64,000 nucleotides of DNA from Alphaproteobacteria bacterium (lineage in GTDB: Bacteria; Pseudomonadota; Alphaproteobacteria; SP197). Made by a program: the position numbers and the translations under genes. The notes under the pieces were generated by a model. The model saw only the letters and a program-made list of their open reading frames with translations. It was not told where the DNA came from and searched no databases. The stretch is from the NCBI GenBank assembly GCA_965228895.1, contig OZ245842.1, forward strand, positions 2,816,001-2,880,000, read 5' to 3'. Each line of letters starts with the position of its first letter. Within the stretch, counting starts at the first letter, position 1. This document shows positions 1 through 9,487 of this stretch, piece after piece.

Positions 1-937
1 GCCGGAAATACGCGAGGCCGTCATGATCACCCGTGAAGACAACGCGATCGAGATCATCGTCTCGGGCATCGCCGAGCGCGGGTTGGCGAAGGCGAAGATC
101 GGCGTCCAACCCTGGGGCTACGCGCCGCACGCAACGACATCCGACCAGTTCAAGGCGGCGCTGGAGGCCGGCGGCGCGACGGTCGAAGATCATTCGTTCC
201 TGGTCGAGCACCAGCGTTTCGTCAAATCGCCGCTGGAGGTCGAGACCGTGCGCAAGGCGTCGGCGATGGCCGATGACGCGATGACCGCCGCGCGTGACGC
301 GATCGCCGAAGGTGTCATGGAAACCGAATTGGAAGGCATCATCATGGCGTCGATGATGAAGGCCGGCGGCGGTTACCCCGGTATCCGCACCATGATCGGC
401 ACGGGCCCGCGCGCGGGCACCCACCACAGCCCGCCGCAGCACCGCAAGATCAAACAGGGCGATCTCGTCTTCGTCGACTTCTGCGGTTGCCTGCACCGTT
501 ACCACGTCAACCTGAACCGAACGTTTTCGCTCGGCGAGCCGGACCCGCGCTGGGCCGACATGATGGACAAGTCCGCCGGCTGCATCGATGCGATCCAGGC
601 CGCCGTTAAGACCGGCGACATGATGTCGAAGGCGCAGGACGTCGCCGACCACTACATCGATCAGGTCGGCCTCAGGCAGTACGTCTGGTTCGTCGGCGGC
701 TATTCGCTCGGCATCGCGGTGCCGCCGGACTGGTGCGGCAACCACTGGGTCAAGCCGCGCCTCGACTTCGGCGACCGCGAGCTCGAACCCGGCATGGTCT
801 TCAACATGGAAAATCAGTTCGACGTCTGGGAAGACTGGCCCGGCGGCTCCGGCGCCGCCTATATCGATACTTTCCTGGTGACCGAAGACGGGTTGGAGGT
901 GCTGTCGAAACTGCCGCGGAACCTGGTTGTGGTTTAG
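1..937 (+). CDS. Xaa-Pro peptidase / M24 family protein (5' partial)
   Basis: Frame open from the window edge; KSPLE, HHSPP..RKI..GD, LNRTF and ELEPGMVFNME motifs of the M24 fold; TAG stop lies inside the 140-bp element. Confidence 0.8.
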   Translation, partial: PEIREAVMITREDNAIEIIVSGIAERGLAKAKIGVQPWGYAPHATTSDQFKAALEAGGATVEDHSFLVEHQRFVKSPLEVETVRKASAMADDAMTAARDAIAEGVMETELEGIIMASMMKAGGGYPGIRTMIGTGPRAGTHHSPPQHRKIKQGDLVFVDFCGCLHRYHVNLNRTFSLGEPDPRWADMMDKSAGCIDAIQAAVKTGDMMSKAQDVADHYIDQVGLRQYVWFVGGYSLGIAVPPDWCGNHWVKPRLDFGDRELEPGMVFNMENQFDVWEDWPGGSGAAYIDTFLVTEDGLEVLSKLPRNLVVV

Positions 938-1073
938 AGCAGATCCCGTTTTGATGAAATCGCTCCGCGATTTCGTCACGGCAGGTGAATCTGCTCTGCT
1001 CATAGATGGAGAGCGGATTCACATGGCTAGGTAGAGTTGTCCAACGGTTCCACCTAGCCATGATCCGCTCTAG
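934..1073. repeat. 140-bp palindromic dispersed element (MITE/RIME-like), copy 1
   Basis: TTAGAGCAGATC...GATCCGCTCTAG ends, two internal hairpins; similar copies at 10488, 49252, 62561. Confidence 0.9.
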
Positions 1074-2038
1074 CGCCAGATACCCTGATCGGCCGCGAAC
1101 CGGTCGGTCGCGGCGACGATGGCCTCGCCGATACCGGCCTCGGACACGGCATGGCCGGCGTTCGGCACGATGACGAGGTCACCGTCAGGCCAGACCTTCG
1201 CGAGGTCCCAGGCCGTCATTAACGGCGCCTCAAGATCGAGGCGGCCCTGCACCATGACGCCTGGAATGCCGACCAAAGCGTCGGTGCCGTTCAGCAACGG
1301 GTCCTCGGCCAGCCATGCGCCGTGGTGGAAGTAGTGCGCGACGATGCGCGCTCTGGCCAAACGGAATTTGGGATCGGCCCAAGTGGGCGATGGTGTGGTA
1401 TCGGGACCGGTGGTCAGCGATCCCTCCCAGTCGTGCCAGTCGTTCGCCGCCCTAAGACGGACCGCCTCATCAGGGTCGTTCAGGAGATGGTGATAGGCCG
1501 TCACAAGATCGCCGCGCGCATGTTCCGCCACGCCCGCCCGAAACCGGTCCCATTCTTCAGGGAACAACGGCGCGATCCCGCGATAGAGCCAATCGATCTC
1601 CGACGCCCGGCACATCGTCACGCCGACAAGAACCAGTGCGGCAACCTCTTCCGGATGTTGTTCGGCATACGCCAGACCGAGGGTGCAGCCCCAGGAATGT
1701 CCGAAGATCAGCCAACGTTCTATGCCGAGGTGCTGGTGAAGACATTCCATGTCGCGCAAAAGATGCGCCGTCGTGTTGACGGCCATGTCACAATCCGGGT
1801 CGCTGGCATGCGGCGTGCTTCGTCCGCAGCCGCGCTGATCGAACAGGATGATCTTGTAGATATCGGGGTCGAAGAAACGCCGCGTTGCCGGCGAGCGTCC
1901 GGAACCAGGTCCGCCGTGAAGCACAACCACGGGCTTGCCGTCGGGCCTACCGCAAGTCTCCCACGCAACCTGGTTGCCGTCGCCGACGTCCAGCAGACCT
2001 TCGGCGTAGGGTTCGGTCAGCGGATAGAGAGTTGCCAT
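1070..2038 (-). CDS. pip: Proline iminopeptidase
   Basis: LHGGPG, FDQRGCGRSTPHA, GHSWG nucleophile, QGRLD, AGH. Confidence 0.93.
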   Translation of the reverse strand: MATLYPLTEPYAEGLLDVGDGNQVAWETCGRPDGKPVVVLHGGPGSGRSPATRRFFDPDIYKIILFDQRGCGRSTPHASDPDCDMAVNTTAHLLRDMECLHQHLGIERWLIFGHSWGCTLGLAYAEQHPEEVAALVLVGVTMCRASEIDWLYRGIAPLFPEEWDRFRAGVAEHARGDLVTAYHHLLNDPDEAVRLRAANDWHDWEGSLTTGPDTTPSPTWADPKFRLARARIVAHYFHHGAWLAEDPLLNGTDALVGIPGVMVQGRLDLEAPLMTAWDLAKVWPDGDLVIVPNAGHAVSEAGIGEAIVAATDRFAADQGIWR

Positions 2039-2073
2039 GCCCCGTCCAAACGGCGTCCGTCGTCAGGTCTTGT

Positions 2074-2238
2074 AACCCCCTCACCCAGCTCCGGCTAGGG
2101 CGCTATCGCACCCAAGCCTTCACATCCCTCTTCCCCACCATCGTGGGGGCGAGGATTAGGTTGGCGGCACACATCGCCCTCTCCCACGGTTTGGGAGAGG
2201 GCGGGCCCCGACGCGAAAGCGGTGGGAGGGTGAGGGTT
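2074..2238. repeat. Nested inverted-repeat (REP-like) element
   Basis: CCCTCACCC...GGGTGAGGG outer arms; inner hairpins CGCCCTCTCCCA-CGGT-TTGGGAGAGGGCG and CCCCAC-CATC-GTGGGG. Confidence 0.7.
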
Positions 2239-2250
2239 GGTTGACGCGTC

Positions 2251-3096
2251 CTAACTCGTCGGCTGGGCATTGGGGAAGAAGAGTTGTTCGCCATCGATCT
2301 GGAAGGCGGCGATGGCATCCTGACCTTCGGGCGACAGCACCCAGTCGATGAAAGCCTGGCCGTGGTCGACCTTGACGTGGGGGTACATCTGGGGGCTGAC
2401 CAGGATGATGCCGTACTGGTTGAACAGCCGATCATCGCCCTCGACGATGATCTCAAGATCGCCCTTGTTCTGGAACGCCAGCCACGTCGCCCGGTCGGTC
2501 AAGGTGTAAGCGCCCAGACCGCTTGCCGTGTTGAGCGTCGCGCCCATGCCGGAACCTGTCGCGCGGTACCACGGCCGGTCCGCCGGCTCGATGCCCGCCT
2601 CGCCCCACAGGCCAAGTTCCTTCTTGTTGGTGCCGCTGTCGTCGCCGCGCGAGGCGAAGACCGCGCCCTGCTCGGCAATTTGGCCAAGCGCCGACACGAC
2701 GTCGCTTGAACCCGCGATACCGGCGGGGTCGGCGGACGGGCCGACCAGAACGAAGTCGTTGTACATGACGTCGTGACGGCTAATGCCGAACCCTTCGGCA
2801 ACGAATGCCTCTTCCGACGGTTTGTGGTGCACGAAGAGCACGTCCGCATCGCCGTCCCGGGCCTGTTGGATCGCCTTGCCGGTGCCGACCGCGACAACGC
2901 GCACCTGAATGCCGGTCTTCGCCTCGAACATCGGCAACAGATAGGCGAAGAGACCGGAGTTTTCCGTCGACGTGGTCGACGACACGATGATGAAATCTTC
3001 GTCGTCGGCCATGGCGGGCGCCGCCGCCAACAGAGCGGCGGCCGCGAAGGCCAAGACGGTACGGCGTGTCCATGCGCCAACGCGGTCTTTCACCAC
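2251..3096 (-). CDS. tupA: Tungstate ABC transporter substrate-binding protein
   Basis: STTSTENSGL (TTTS-type motif), GTGKA, SRGDDSGT, signal peptide. Confidence 0.92.
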   Translation of the reverse strand: MVKDRVGAWTRRTVLAFAAAALLAAAPAMADDEDFIIVSSTTSTENSGLFAYLLPMFEAKTGIQVRVVAVGTGKAIQQARDGDADVLFVHHKPSEEAFVAEGFGISRHDVMYNDFVLVGPSADPAGIAGSSDVVSALGQIAEQGAVFASRGDDSGTNKKELGLWGEAGIEPADRPWYRATGSGMGATLNTASGLGAYTLTDRATWLAFQNKGDLEIIVEGDDRLFNQYGIILVSPQMYPHVKVDHGQAFIDWVLSPEGQDAIAAFQIDGEQLFFPNAQPTS

Positions 3097-3863
3097 AACA
3101 GTTCTCCTCTGATAAACGCGGCCGCTTCGGCCGTCTCGGGTTGATCGAAAAAGGCTTCCGCCGGCTGCTTCTCCAGCAACCGGCCTTGGTGCATGAAGAG
3201 GATCTCGTCGGCCAGACGGCGCGCCTGACCGAGATCGTGGGTGGTCATCACGATCTTGACGCCGGCGCGATGAATCTGAGCGACGATGGTCTCGACCGCG
3301 CGGGTCGCGGTCGGATCGAGGCTCGCTGTCGGTTCGTCCAGGAACAGCACCTGGGGTTCGGTCGCCCAGGCACGCGCCAGGGCCAGGCGCTGCTGCTCAC
3401 CGCCGGACAGCACCCGCGCCGAACGGTCGGCGACCGATGTCAGGCCGGACAGCGCCAACGCGTCGGCGACCCGGGCTCGTCGTGCGTCCCGCGCCATGCC
3501 GTGGCGCTTCAGCGCATAGTCGATATTGGCGGCGGCCGAGCGGCGCAGGTGGACGGGTTTTTGAAACACCATCGCCTGGTGGCGCCGCGCGATGTCCGCC
3601 TGTTCGGTGCCAGCCCAGCTCAAGCTGCCGCTGGTCGGCGAGATGAGCCCGTGACAAAGCCGCAGGAAGAGGCTCTTGCCGGCGCCGTTCGGGCCCAGCA
3701 CGACCGTCCGCGGCCCGCCCCCCAACGTGACCGTGAGATCATCGATCAGGGTCTCGCCCTGGATCCGATAACAGACCGAGCGCGCGGCCAGCGGCAAGGT
3801 CGCCTGCCCCGGCGCCGAGCGTGTCATGGGCGCGCCGACCGCAATGGCGAGGTCCGCGTTCAT
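3090..3863 (-). CDS. tupC: Tungstate ABC transporter ATPase
   Basis: GPNGAGKS, LSGGEQQR, LDEPT; ATG at 3863 overlaps tupB stop (ATGA). Confidence 0.88.
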   Translation of the reverse strand: MNADLAIAVGAPMTRSAPGQATLPLAARSVCYRIQGETLIDDLTVTLGGGPRTVVLGPNGAGKSLFLRLCHGLISPTSGSLSWAGTEQADIARRHQAMVFQKPVHLRRSAAANIDYALKRHGMARDARRARVADALALSGLTSVADRSARVLSGGEQQRLALARAWATEPQVLFLDEPTASLDPTATRAVETIVAQIHRAGVKIVMTTHDLGQARRLADEILFMHQGRLLEKQPAEAFFDQPETAEAAAFIRGELLW

Positions 3864-4564
3864 GCGTAACCGCGCGACGCCACACCGCGCATGCCCATGG
3901 CGATCGCGTTGACGCCCAGGGTGATCGCCAGCAACACGACGCCCAGGCCCAGCGCCAGGGCGAGGTCGCCGCGGCTGGTCTCCAGCGCGATGGTCGTCGT
4001 CATGACGCGGGTGACGCCGGCGATGTTGCCGCCGACGATCATGACCGCGCCGACCTCGGCACTCGCCCGGCCAAAGCCTGCCAGGATGGCGGTGATCAGA
4101 CTGTAGCGGCCTTCCCACAACAGGGTGAGCGCCAGCCGCCCCTTCCCCACGTTCAGCGAACGCAGCTGTTCGTCATATTCGCCGTGGAGATCGGCAATGG
4201 TCTGGCGGCTCAGCGCGGCGATGATCGGGGTGACCAGAAGGCATTGCGCGATCACCATCGCTTCGGGCGTAAACAGCAGGCCGAGTTCGCCGAGCGGGCC
4301 GGCGCGCGACAGCAGGATATAGATGGCGAGCCCGGCCACCACAGGCGGCAGTCCCATGAAGGCGCTGGTGACGGCAATCAGCGCGCCGCGCCCGGGAAAC
4401 CGTGAGAGCGCCAGCCAGGCACCGAGCGGCAGGCCGATCAAGGCCGCCAGCAACACCGCGGTCAGGCTGACCCGGAGCGACAGGCCGACGATGCCGTAGA
4501 ATGTGGCATCGAAGCCGGTCACAAGAGCCCAGGCATGGGTTAGCGCATCGGTCGAGTCGGTCAT
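3860..4564 (-). CDS. tupB: Tungstate ABC transporter permease
   Basis: GLPPVVAGL, GFGRASAEVGAVMIVGGNI..TRVMTT.IALETSRG. Confidence 0.92.
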   Translation of the reverse strand: MTDSTDALTHAWALVTGFDATFYGIVGLSLRVSLTAVLLAALIGLPLGAWLALSRFPGRGALIAVTSAFMGLPPVVAGLAIYILLSRAGPLGELGLLFTPEAMVIAQCLLVTPIIAALSRQTIADLHGEYDEQLRSLNVGKGRLALTLLWEGRYSLITAILAGFGRASAEVGAVMIVGGNIAGVTRVMTTTIALETSRGDLALALGLGVVLLAITLGVNAIAMGMRGVASRGYA

Positions 4565-4669
4565 GAAGGCCCACAGTCGCCAAACTGTACCTGATGTGCC
4601 CTAGGACATTAGAAGCCTCAATGGACGCAGAAAACAGACAGGATATGCAGGATTGTGCAGCATGCCCGC

Positions 4670-5599
4670 CTACCGCGCGGCAGCCTCGACCTCGGGACAC
4701 GGGCCGATTTCGACCTGAATCGTCGCGTGCTCGACGCCGAAATCGTTCGCCAACGCCTCGCTCACCGCATGGAGGACGTCCTGCTGGTCGGCCTCGTCAC
4801 GGACCCGGACATGCAAGGTCATGACCGGCCGGCCCTCCGTCAGGAGCCAGATATGCAGATGGTGGACGTCCTCGATGGCCGGAATCGCCGCCATCAGGTG
4901 CTCGCGGATACGGGCAGCCTCCATGTCGTCGGGCGTACCCTCGAGCAGAATATGGCCGGCATCGCGCACCAGGCCGACGGCCGTATAGATGATGAGCCCG
5001 CAGATCAGCAGCGACAGCAGCGGATCGATCGGCATCCAGCCAGTGAAGTAGATGATGGTGCCGGCGCCGAGCGCCGCAACAGATCCCAGCAGGTCGCTGA
5101 GCACATGCAGCGAGGCGCCGCGCATGTTGATGCTGCTCCGGTCGCCACGGTGCAGGATGATGAAGCCGACGATGTTGACCAAAAGGCCGAGCGCAGCGAC
5201 GCCCATCATTAGCTCGGATTCGACAGTGACCGGTTCGACGAAGCGCGTGACCGCCTCGATCACGATCCAAATCGTGATGATGACGAGCGCGATACCGTTG
5301 GAGAACGCGGCGATAACCTTGAGCCGATGATAGCCGTAGGAACGTGACGCGTCCGCCGGTCGCCGCCCGATGCGAAACGCGAACCAGGCAAGCGCCAAGG
5401 CACCGGCGTCTGTCAACATGTGCCCGGCATCGGCCAGCAGTGCCAGGGAGCCGGACAACAGGCCGCCGACCACCTCGACAAGCATGAAGCTCGCCGTCAT
5501 GACCAGAACGATCAGCACACGGCGTTCGCTGTCTGCGTCCACGTCGTGGCTGTGGCCGTGACCGTGGTGGTGGCTATGCCCCTTGTGGTCGTGGCTCAT
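4670..5599 (-). CDS. Cation diffusion facilitator (CzcD/ZitB-like)
   Basis: His-rich N-terminus, SLALLADAGHMLTD, HVLSD, HATIQVE. Confidence 0.92.
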   Translation of the reverse strand: MSHDHKGHSHHHGHGHSHDVDADSERRVLIVLVMTASFMLVEVVGGLLSGSLALLADAGHMLTDAGALALAWFAFRIGRRPADASRSYGYHRLKVIAAFSNGIALVIITIWIVIEAVTRFVEPVTVESELMMGVAALGLLVNIVGFIILHRGDRSSINMRGASLHVLSDLLGSVAALGAGTIIYFTGWMPIDPLLSLLICGLIIYTAVGLVRDAGHILLEGTPDDMEAARIREHLMAAIPAIEDVHHLHIWLLTEGRPVMTLHVRVRDEADQQDVLHAVSEALANDFGVEHATIQVEIGPCPEVEAAAR

Positions 5600-5647
5600 T
5601 GCGGTTCCCGGGACCCGGCTCCGATGCCGGGCCCGAGACTACCATGC

Positions 5648-6373
5648 CTAGGTACTGGCGCCGGAAAACCGTTCGAACAACCGACCGGCGAGCCAGCCCA
5701 GCGCCGCCCAGAAGACGAAAGCCGTCACCAGCGATGCGGCGACAAAATGACCGGCCAGTTCCGGCGGCACGGCGCCGCCTATCTGGGCTGGCTGCGGCGC
5801 ACCGACCACGTGCGGTAGAGCGATCAAGACGATGCCCACAGCCCGCATCCACCACTGGTTGCCCAGGACCAGAAGCCACAAGCCGGCGCCTGTGGCGACG
5901 GCGGCAAACAGCCACCAGACCTGGCGCGCGCCGAGTTCGGCAGCCATGGCGCCCGGCACCTCCGGCGGCAGGCCAAGGGACGGTGCGATGGCGAACGTGG
6001 CAAAACCCGCCATGCCCCACATGACACCGCGCCGCGCATCGACCGGCTTGCCGGCCAAAACGAACCCGGCGACCAGCAGCAACGCGAAGGCGACGCCGGT
6101 CAAGAGGTTGGTGAGCAGGGTATAGAACGACCGCTCGATACCGTCTTGCGGCCCCCAAGCCCCTTCGTCGCCATGCGCTTCATCGCCGTGGGCCAGGATA
6201 AACGTGCCGCCCTCATAGAGGTCGCTCAGGAAAGCATGATCGGCCTCGCCGCCGCCTTCAAACTCCTCGGCGTGCAAAATGATTGGCGTGGTCGTGAATT
6301 CCTGGATCACCGTGATCAGGAAACCCGCCAGCAGCCCCGACAGCAGTGCCGAGGCCAGAACCTTGCGTATCAT
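5648..6373 (-). CDS. cbtA: Cobalt transporter subunit CbtA
   Basis: PSLGLPPEVPG, ARQVWW, LPHVVGAP; follows cbtB and B12 riboswitch. Confidence 0.9.
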   Translation of the reverse strand: MIRKVLASALLSGLLAGFLITVIQEFTTTPIILHAEEFEGGGEADHAFLSDLYEGGTFILAHGDEAHGDEGAWGPQDGIERSFYTLLTNLLTGVAFALLLVAGFVLAGKPVDARRGVMWGMAGFATFAIAPSLGLPPEVPGAMAAELGARQVWWLFAAVATGAGLWLLVLGNQWWMRAVGIVLIALPHVVGAPQPAQIGGAVPPELAGHFVAASLVTAFVFWAALGWLAGRLFERFSGAST

Positions 6374-6382
6374 GAACCCCTC

Positions 6383-6565
6383 CTAGTGGCAGGGGAACGC
6401 GAAGGCGTGGCGTCCGTCGTGAGCGGCGTTGTGAATCACCTCGGAGCCGGCAAAGCCGACACCCATCAACAGAAATGTTCCCAGAAGCAGTGCGATAACC
6501 GCTGGAATGGCACGCTGGGACAGGCTGTGTGCGGCGATTGAGGTACGTAGAACTTGGTCTGACAT
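6383..6565 (-). CDS. cbtB: Cobalt transporter subunit CbtB (60 aa)
   Basis: C-terminal IHNAAHDGRHAFAFPCH; ATG at 6565 with GGAGG RBS. Confidence 0.92.
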   Translation of the reverse strand: MSDQVLRTSIAAHSLSQRAIPAVIALLLGTFLLMGVGFAGSEVIHNAAHDGRHAFAFPCH

Positions 6566-6630
6566 GTCACCCTCCGTGAGCGTCGAACCGATCGACAAAA
6601 CCGGCCCGCCCCCAATGGCGAACCGCGTGA

Positions 6631-6828
6631 CGATGGCAGGTCTCCTGGCTAGCGGATCGTCGCTTGATGTCCAGCCTTCCCGGTTTCCCAGTGGCACCGA
6701 TGGACAACACGCTCACCGCCTACAGTTGCGGGGGCAGCCAGGGTTGGAGATCCCCGATGGGGTCGATCTCTTCCCTGTTCCCAATTAATCCCCGGGCTCT
6801 CCTGTCCAGCCCCATGGGGAACCATCTG
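6631..6828 (-). ncRNA. Cobalamin (B12) riboswitch
   Basis: Minus strand has GGTTCCCC..GGGATTAATTGGGAACAGGG..CTGCCCCCGCAACTGTAGGCGG..GCCACTGGGAAACCGGGAAGG..AGCCAGGAGACCTGCC (B12 box) upstream of cbtB. Confidence 0.93.
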
Positions 6829-6858
6829 CGCGCATCTTGTTGGTGCGGAAGGCGGCTG

Positions 6859-7800
6859 TCAATCGGCGATACGCGGGTTGTGGACACGCCGGCGCCGGGT
6901 CGCAACGACGATGCCGGCGACAATGATGGCGCCGCCGGCGACGTGATAGAGTTCCAAAGGCTCGCCCAGGACCAGCGCCGCAAGGCCAATGGTGTAAGGC
7001 GGGATCAGGTAGAGGAAGACACCAGCGGTGTTGGCGCCGGCAAGGCCTACGCCCAGGGTCCAGGCGCCGAACGCGATCAGAGAACCGAACAACGTGCCAT
7101 AGGCGATCGCCAGGATGGTCTGAAGATCGAAGGTCAAGACCTCGCCCGACGCGAGCTCCCAGCCATAAAACGGCAGGTGGAAGACGGTGCCGAGCGAAGC
7201 CGTCACCATCAGAATTGTGATCGGACGTAGCACACCGGCCAGTTTTTGAATCAGCACGGTATAGAGTGCCCAGATGACGAAGGAGGCGGTGACCAGGAGG
7301 TCGCCCTGGTTCAATTCGAACCGGGCGAGCCCCGTCAAGCTGCCCTCGCTCGCGATCACGACCATGCCGACACCGCCGATGGCGATGCCCGCCCACTGCG
7401 CACGCCGCAACCGTTCGCGCAGCAGGACCCAGGCGACCAGCGCGATCCATAACGGCTCGCTGGTGCTGAGGACGCCGGTGTTGACGGCCGTCGTGTGCTT
7501 GAGGCCGTTGAACAACACGACGGCAAACAGCGCGATGCCAAAAAAGCCGGCCAGCGCCAACGTCACGATGTTGGCGCGCACCGCCGGCCATTCCCGGCGC
7601 AGGTGCGGCCAGGCAAACGGCAAAAGCAGGATGCTGGCAAAAAGCCAGCGCCAGAAGGAAAAGCCGATCACCGGCATCGTCTCGTGCAGGGCACGCACAA
7701 GGATCGTCGACGACGACCACAACAACGGTGCGGTGGCCAGGGCAGCGACGGCAACGAGGCGACTGACTTGCCGCCCGCTTTGCTGATCGTGATCGGTCAT
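6859..7800 (-). CDS. DMT/EamA family transporter
   Basis: About 10 TM segments in two EamA repeats; likely ATG at 7800. Confidence 0.85.
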   Translation of the reverse strand: MTDHDQQSGRQVSRLVAVAALATAPLLWSSSTILVRALHETMPVIGFSFWRWLFASILLLPFAWPHLRREWPAVRANIVTLALAGFFGIALFAVVLFNGLKHTTAVNTGVLSTSEPLWIALVAWVLLRERLRRAQWAGIAIGGVGMVVIASEGSLTGLARFELNQGDLLVTASFVIWALYTVLIQKLAGVLRPITILMVTASLGTVFHLPFYGWELASGEVLTFDLQTILAIAYGTLFGSLIAFGAWTLGVGLAGANTAGVFLYLIPPYTIGLAALVLGEPLELYHVAGGAIIVAGIVVATRRRRVHNPRIAD

Positions 7801-7813
7801 GGCCGATCCTGCC

Positions 7814-8800
7814 TCAGCCCCCTGAACCTGCCCAACGAAATTCGCCGTTCGCCAGCAACGCGGCCGCCTGTTCGAAGACATAGGCATGGCGGCGCGCGAT
7901 CAAGGCGACATCGTCGCCATAGCCGCCACCGATCACACAGGCAACCGGTACCCGGCGTTGCGCGCAGGTCTTGAGAACAACTCGTTCGCGGGCCTCAAGA
8001 CCGCCATCGCTTAGCGCCAGCTTGCCGAGCCGGTCGTCGGCATGGGCATCGATGCCGGCGACATAGATAACGAGATCCGGCGCAACACGATCGATCAGGG
8101 GCCCTAGTTGCTCGTGCAAGACCGCCAAATAGGCATCGTCGCCGGTCCCAGGCTCAAGCGCGATGTCCAGATCGCCTACCTGCTTGCGCACCGGAAAGTT
8201 GACGCCGCAATGGACGGAAAAGGTGAAAACACTGTCGTCGCCGACAAACGCCGCCGCCGTGCCGTCGCCTTGATGCACATCAAGGTCGACGACCAACACC
8301 TGGCGGACCAGTCCTTCGCGCTGCATCATGCGTGCGGCGACCGCGACATCGTTGAAGACACAAAAACCGGCACCGTAGCCTGGAAACGCATGATGGCTGC
8401 CACCGGCGGTGTTGCAGGCGACGCCGACTTTAAGCGCCGCCCGTGCCGTTATGATGGTGCCCGCAACCGCACGGCGCGAGCGCTGCGCCATTTCCGGGGT
8501 CACCGGGACGCCGATGCGCCGCAGGGCCTGCTCGTCCAAAGTCTGGCTCAACACCGCCTCGACATAGCCGGGTTCGTGAACCAGACCGAGCACACGGCGC
8601 GACACCAGACCGGGTTTGAGCACGGTTTCCGGGCTCGCCAGGCCCAGTTCTGTGACCTTTTCCAGCAACAGCGCGAACTTGGTCATGGGAAAGCGATGCC
8701 CCGCAGGAAGCGGCGCGACATAGTCTTTATGGGCAACAACCGGCAGAAAACGCCGCTTCACATTCGTGTCAAATGCCACCAAGACTGCATCCCCTGTCAT
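7814..8800 (-). CDS. Histone deacetylase family protein
   Basis: HRFPM.KF, GGSHHA, GFCVFND, DLDVHQGDG, D.LGKL, GGGY. Confidence 0.9.
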   Translation of the reverse strand: MTGDAVLVAFDTNVKRRFLPVVAHKDYVAPLPAGHRFPMTKFALLLEKVTELGLASPETVLKPGLVSRRVLGLVHEPGYVEAVLSQTLDEQALRRIGVPVTPEMAQRSRRAVAGTIITARAALKVGVACNTAGGSHHAFPGYGAGFCVFNDVAVAARMMQREGLVRQVLVVDLDVHQGDGTAAAFVGDDSVFTFSVHCGVNFPVRKQVGDLDIALEPGTGDDAYLAVLHEQLGPLIDRVAPDLVIYVAGIDAHADDRLGKLALSDGGLEARERVVLKTCAQRRVPVACVIGGGYGDDVALIARRHAYVFEQAAALLANGEFRWAGSGG

Positions 8801-8939
8801 CGGTTCCGCGTAATAGAATAGAACCAGGAACCGGCGCGCCCGGCTTCGGCCACAGTCGTGCCGTTTCCTCGCGCCAAGCCGACAGGTCCCTGTTGATGGG
8901 GCGCCGACGTGCCAGACTATCTAGCTGGAGAAAGACGCG

Positions 8940-9419
8940 ATGACCAAACCGTTTGACGTTGTTGCCGGGGCGCTTGCGATTTTCCTGTTCGCCGCGGGGT
9001 CCGCATTTGCCGCGGGCGGTTCCAGTAACGACACCAACTCCTATGACGACACGCCAGCGGGTTCGGCGCTCAAGTCGGGGATGGACGCCGTCAATGACGA
9101 GGATTGGCCGCTGGCAATCCAGGAATTCACGATCGCAACCCAAGAAGACCCCAACAGCGCCGACGCGTTCAACATGCTGGCCTACAGCTATCGTCAGTCG
9201 GGCGACCTGGACAACGCATTCGCCAACTACGACAAGGCGCTTGCCCTCGATCCCGACCATGAAGACGCCCACGAGTACCTCGGCGAGGCCTACCTGGCAG
9301 CAGGCGATCTGGCCAAAGCGGAAGAACAGCTGGCCATCCTTGACGACATCTGCTGGCTGGGCTGCGACGCCTATGACGAGCTGGAAGAGGCCATTTCGAT
9401 CTACAAGGCCAGCAACTAG
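8940..9419 (+). CDS. Exported TPR-repeat protein
   Basis: Signal peptide, ADAFNMLAYSYR / AHEYLGEAYL TPR helices, C-terminal CxxxC. Confidence 0.8.
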   Translation: MTKPFDVVAGALAIFLFAAGSAFAAGGSSNDTNSYDDTPAGSALKSGMDAVNDEDWPLAIQEFTIATQEDPNSADAFNMLAYSYRQSGDLDNAFANYDKALALDPDHEDAHEYLGEAYLAAGDLAKAEEQLAILDDICWLGCDAYDELEEAISIYKASN

Positions 9420-9487
9420 CCTGCCTATTGTCCTTTGCCCGTTTGACGCCCTACGATCGATCATGACGGTCGCTACGGGGACAAGAC

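Noticed and set aside
4565-4669. ModE-type operator upstream of tupB
   Set aside because: No match to the TATAT-N7-TATAT-like consensus; only a short imperfect ATGT..ACAT repeat
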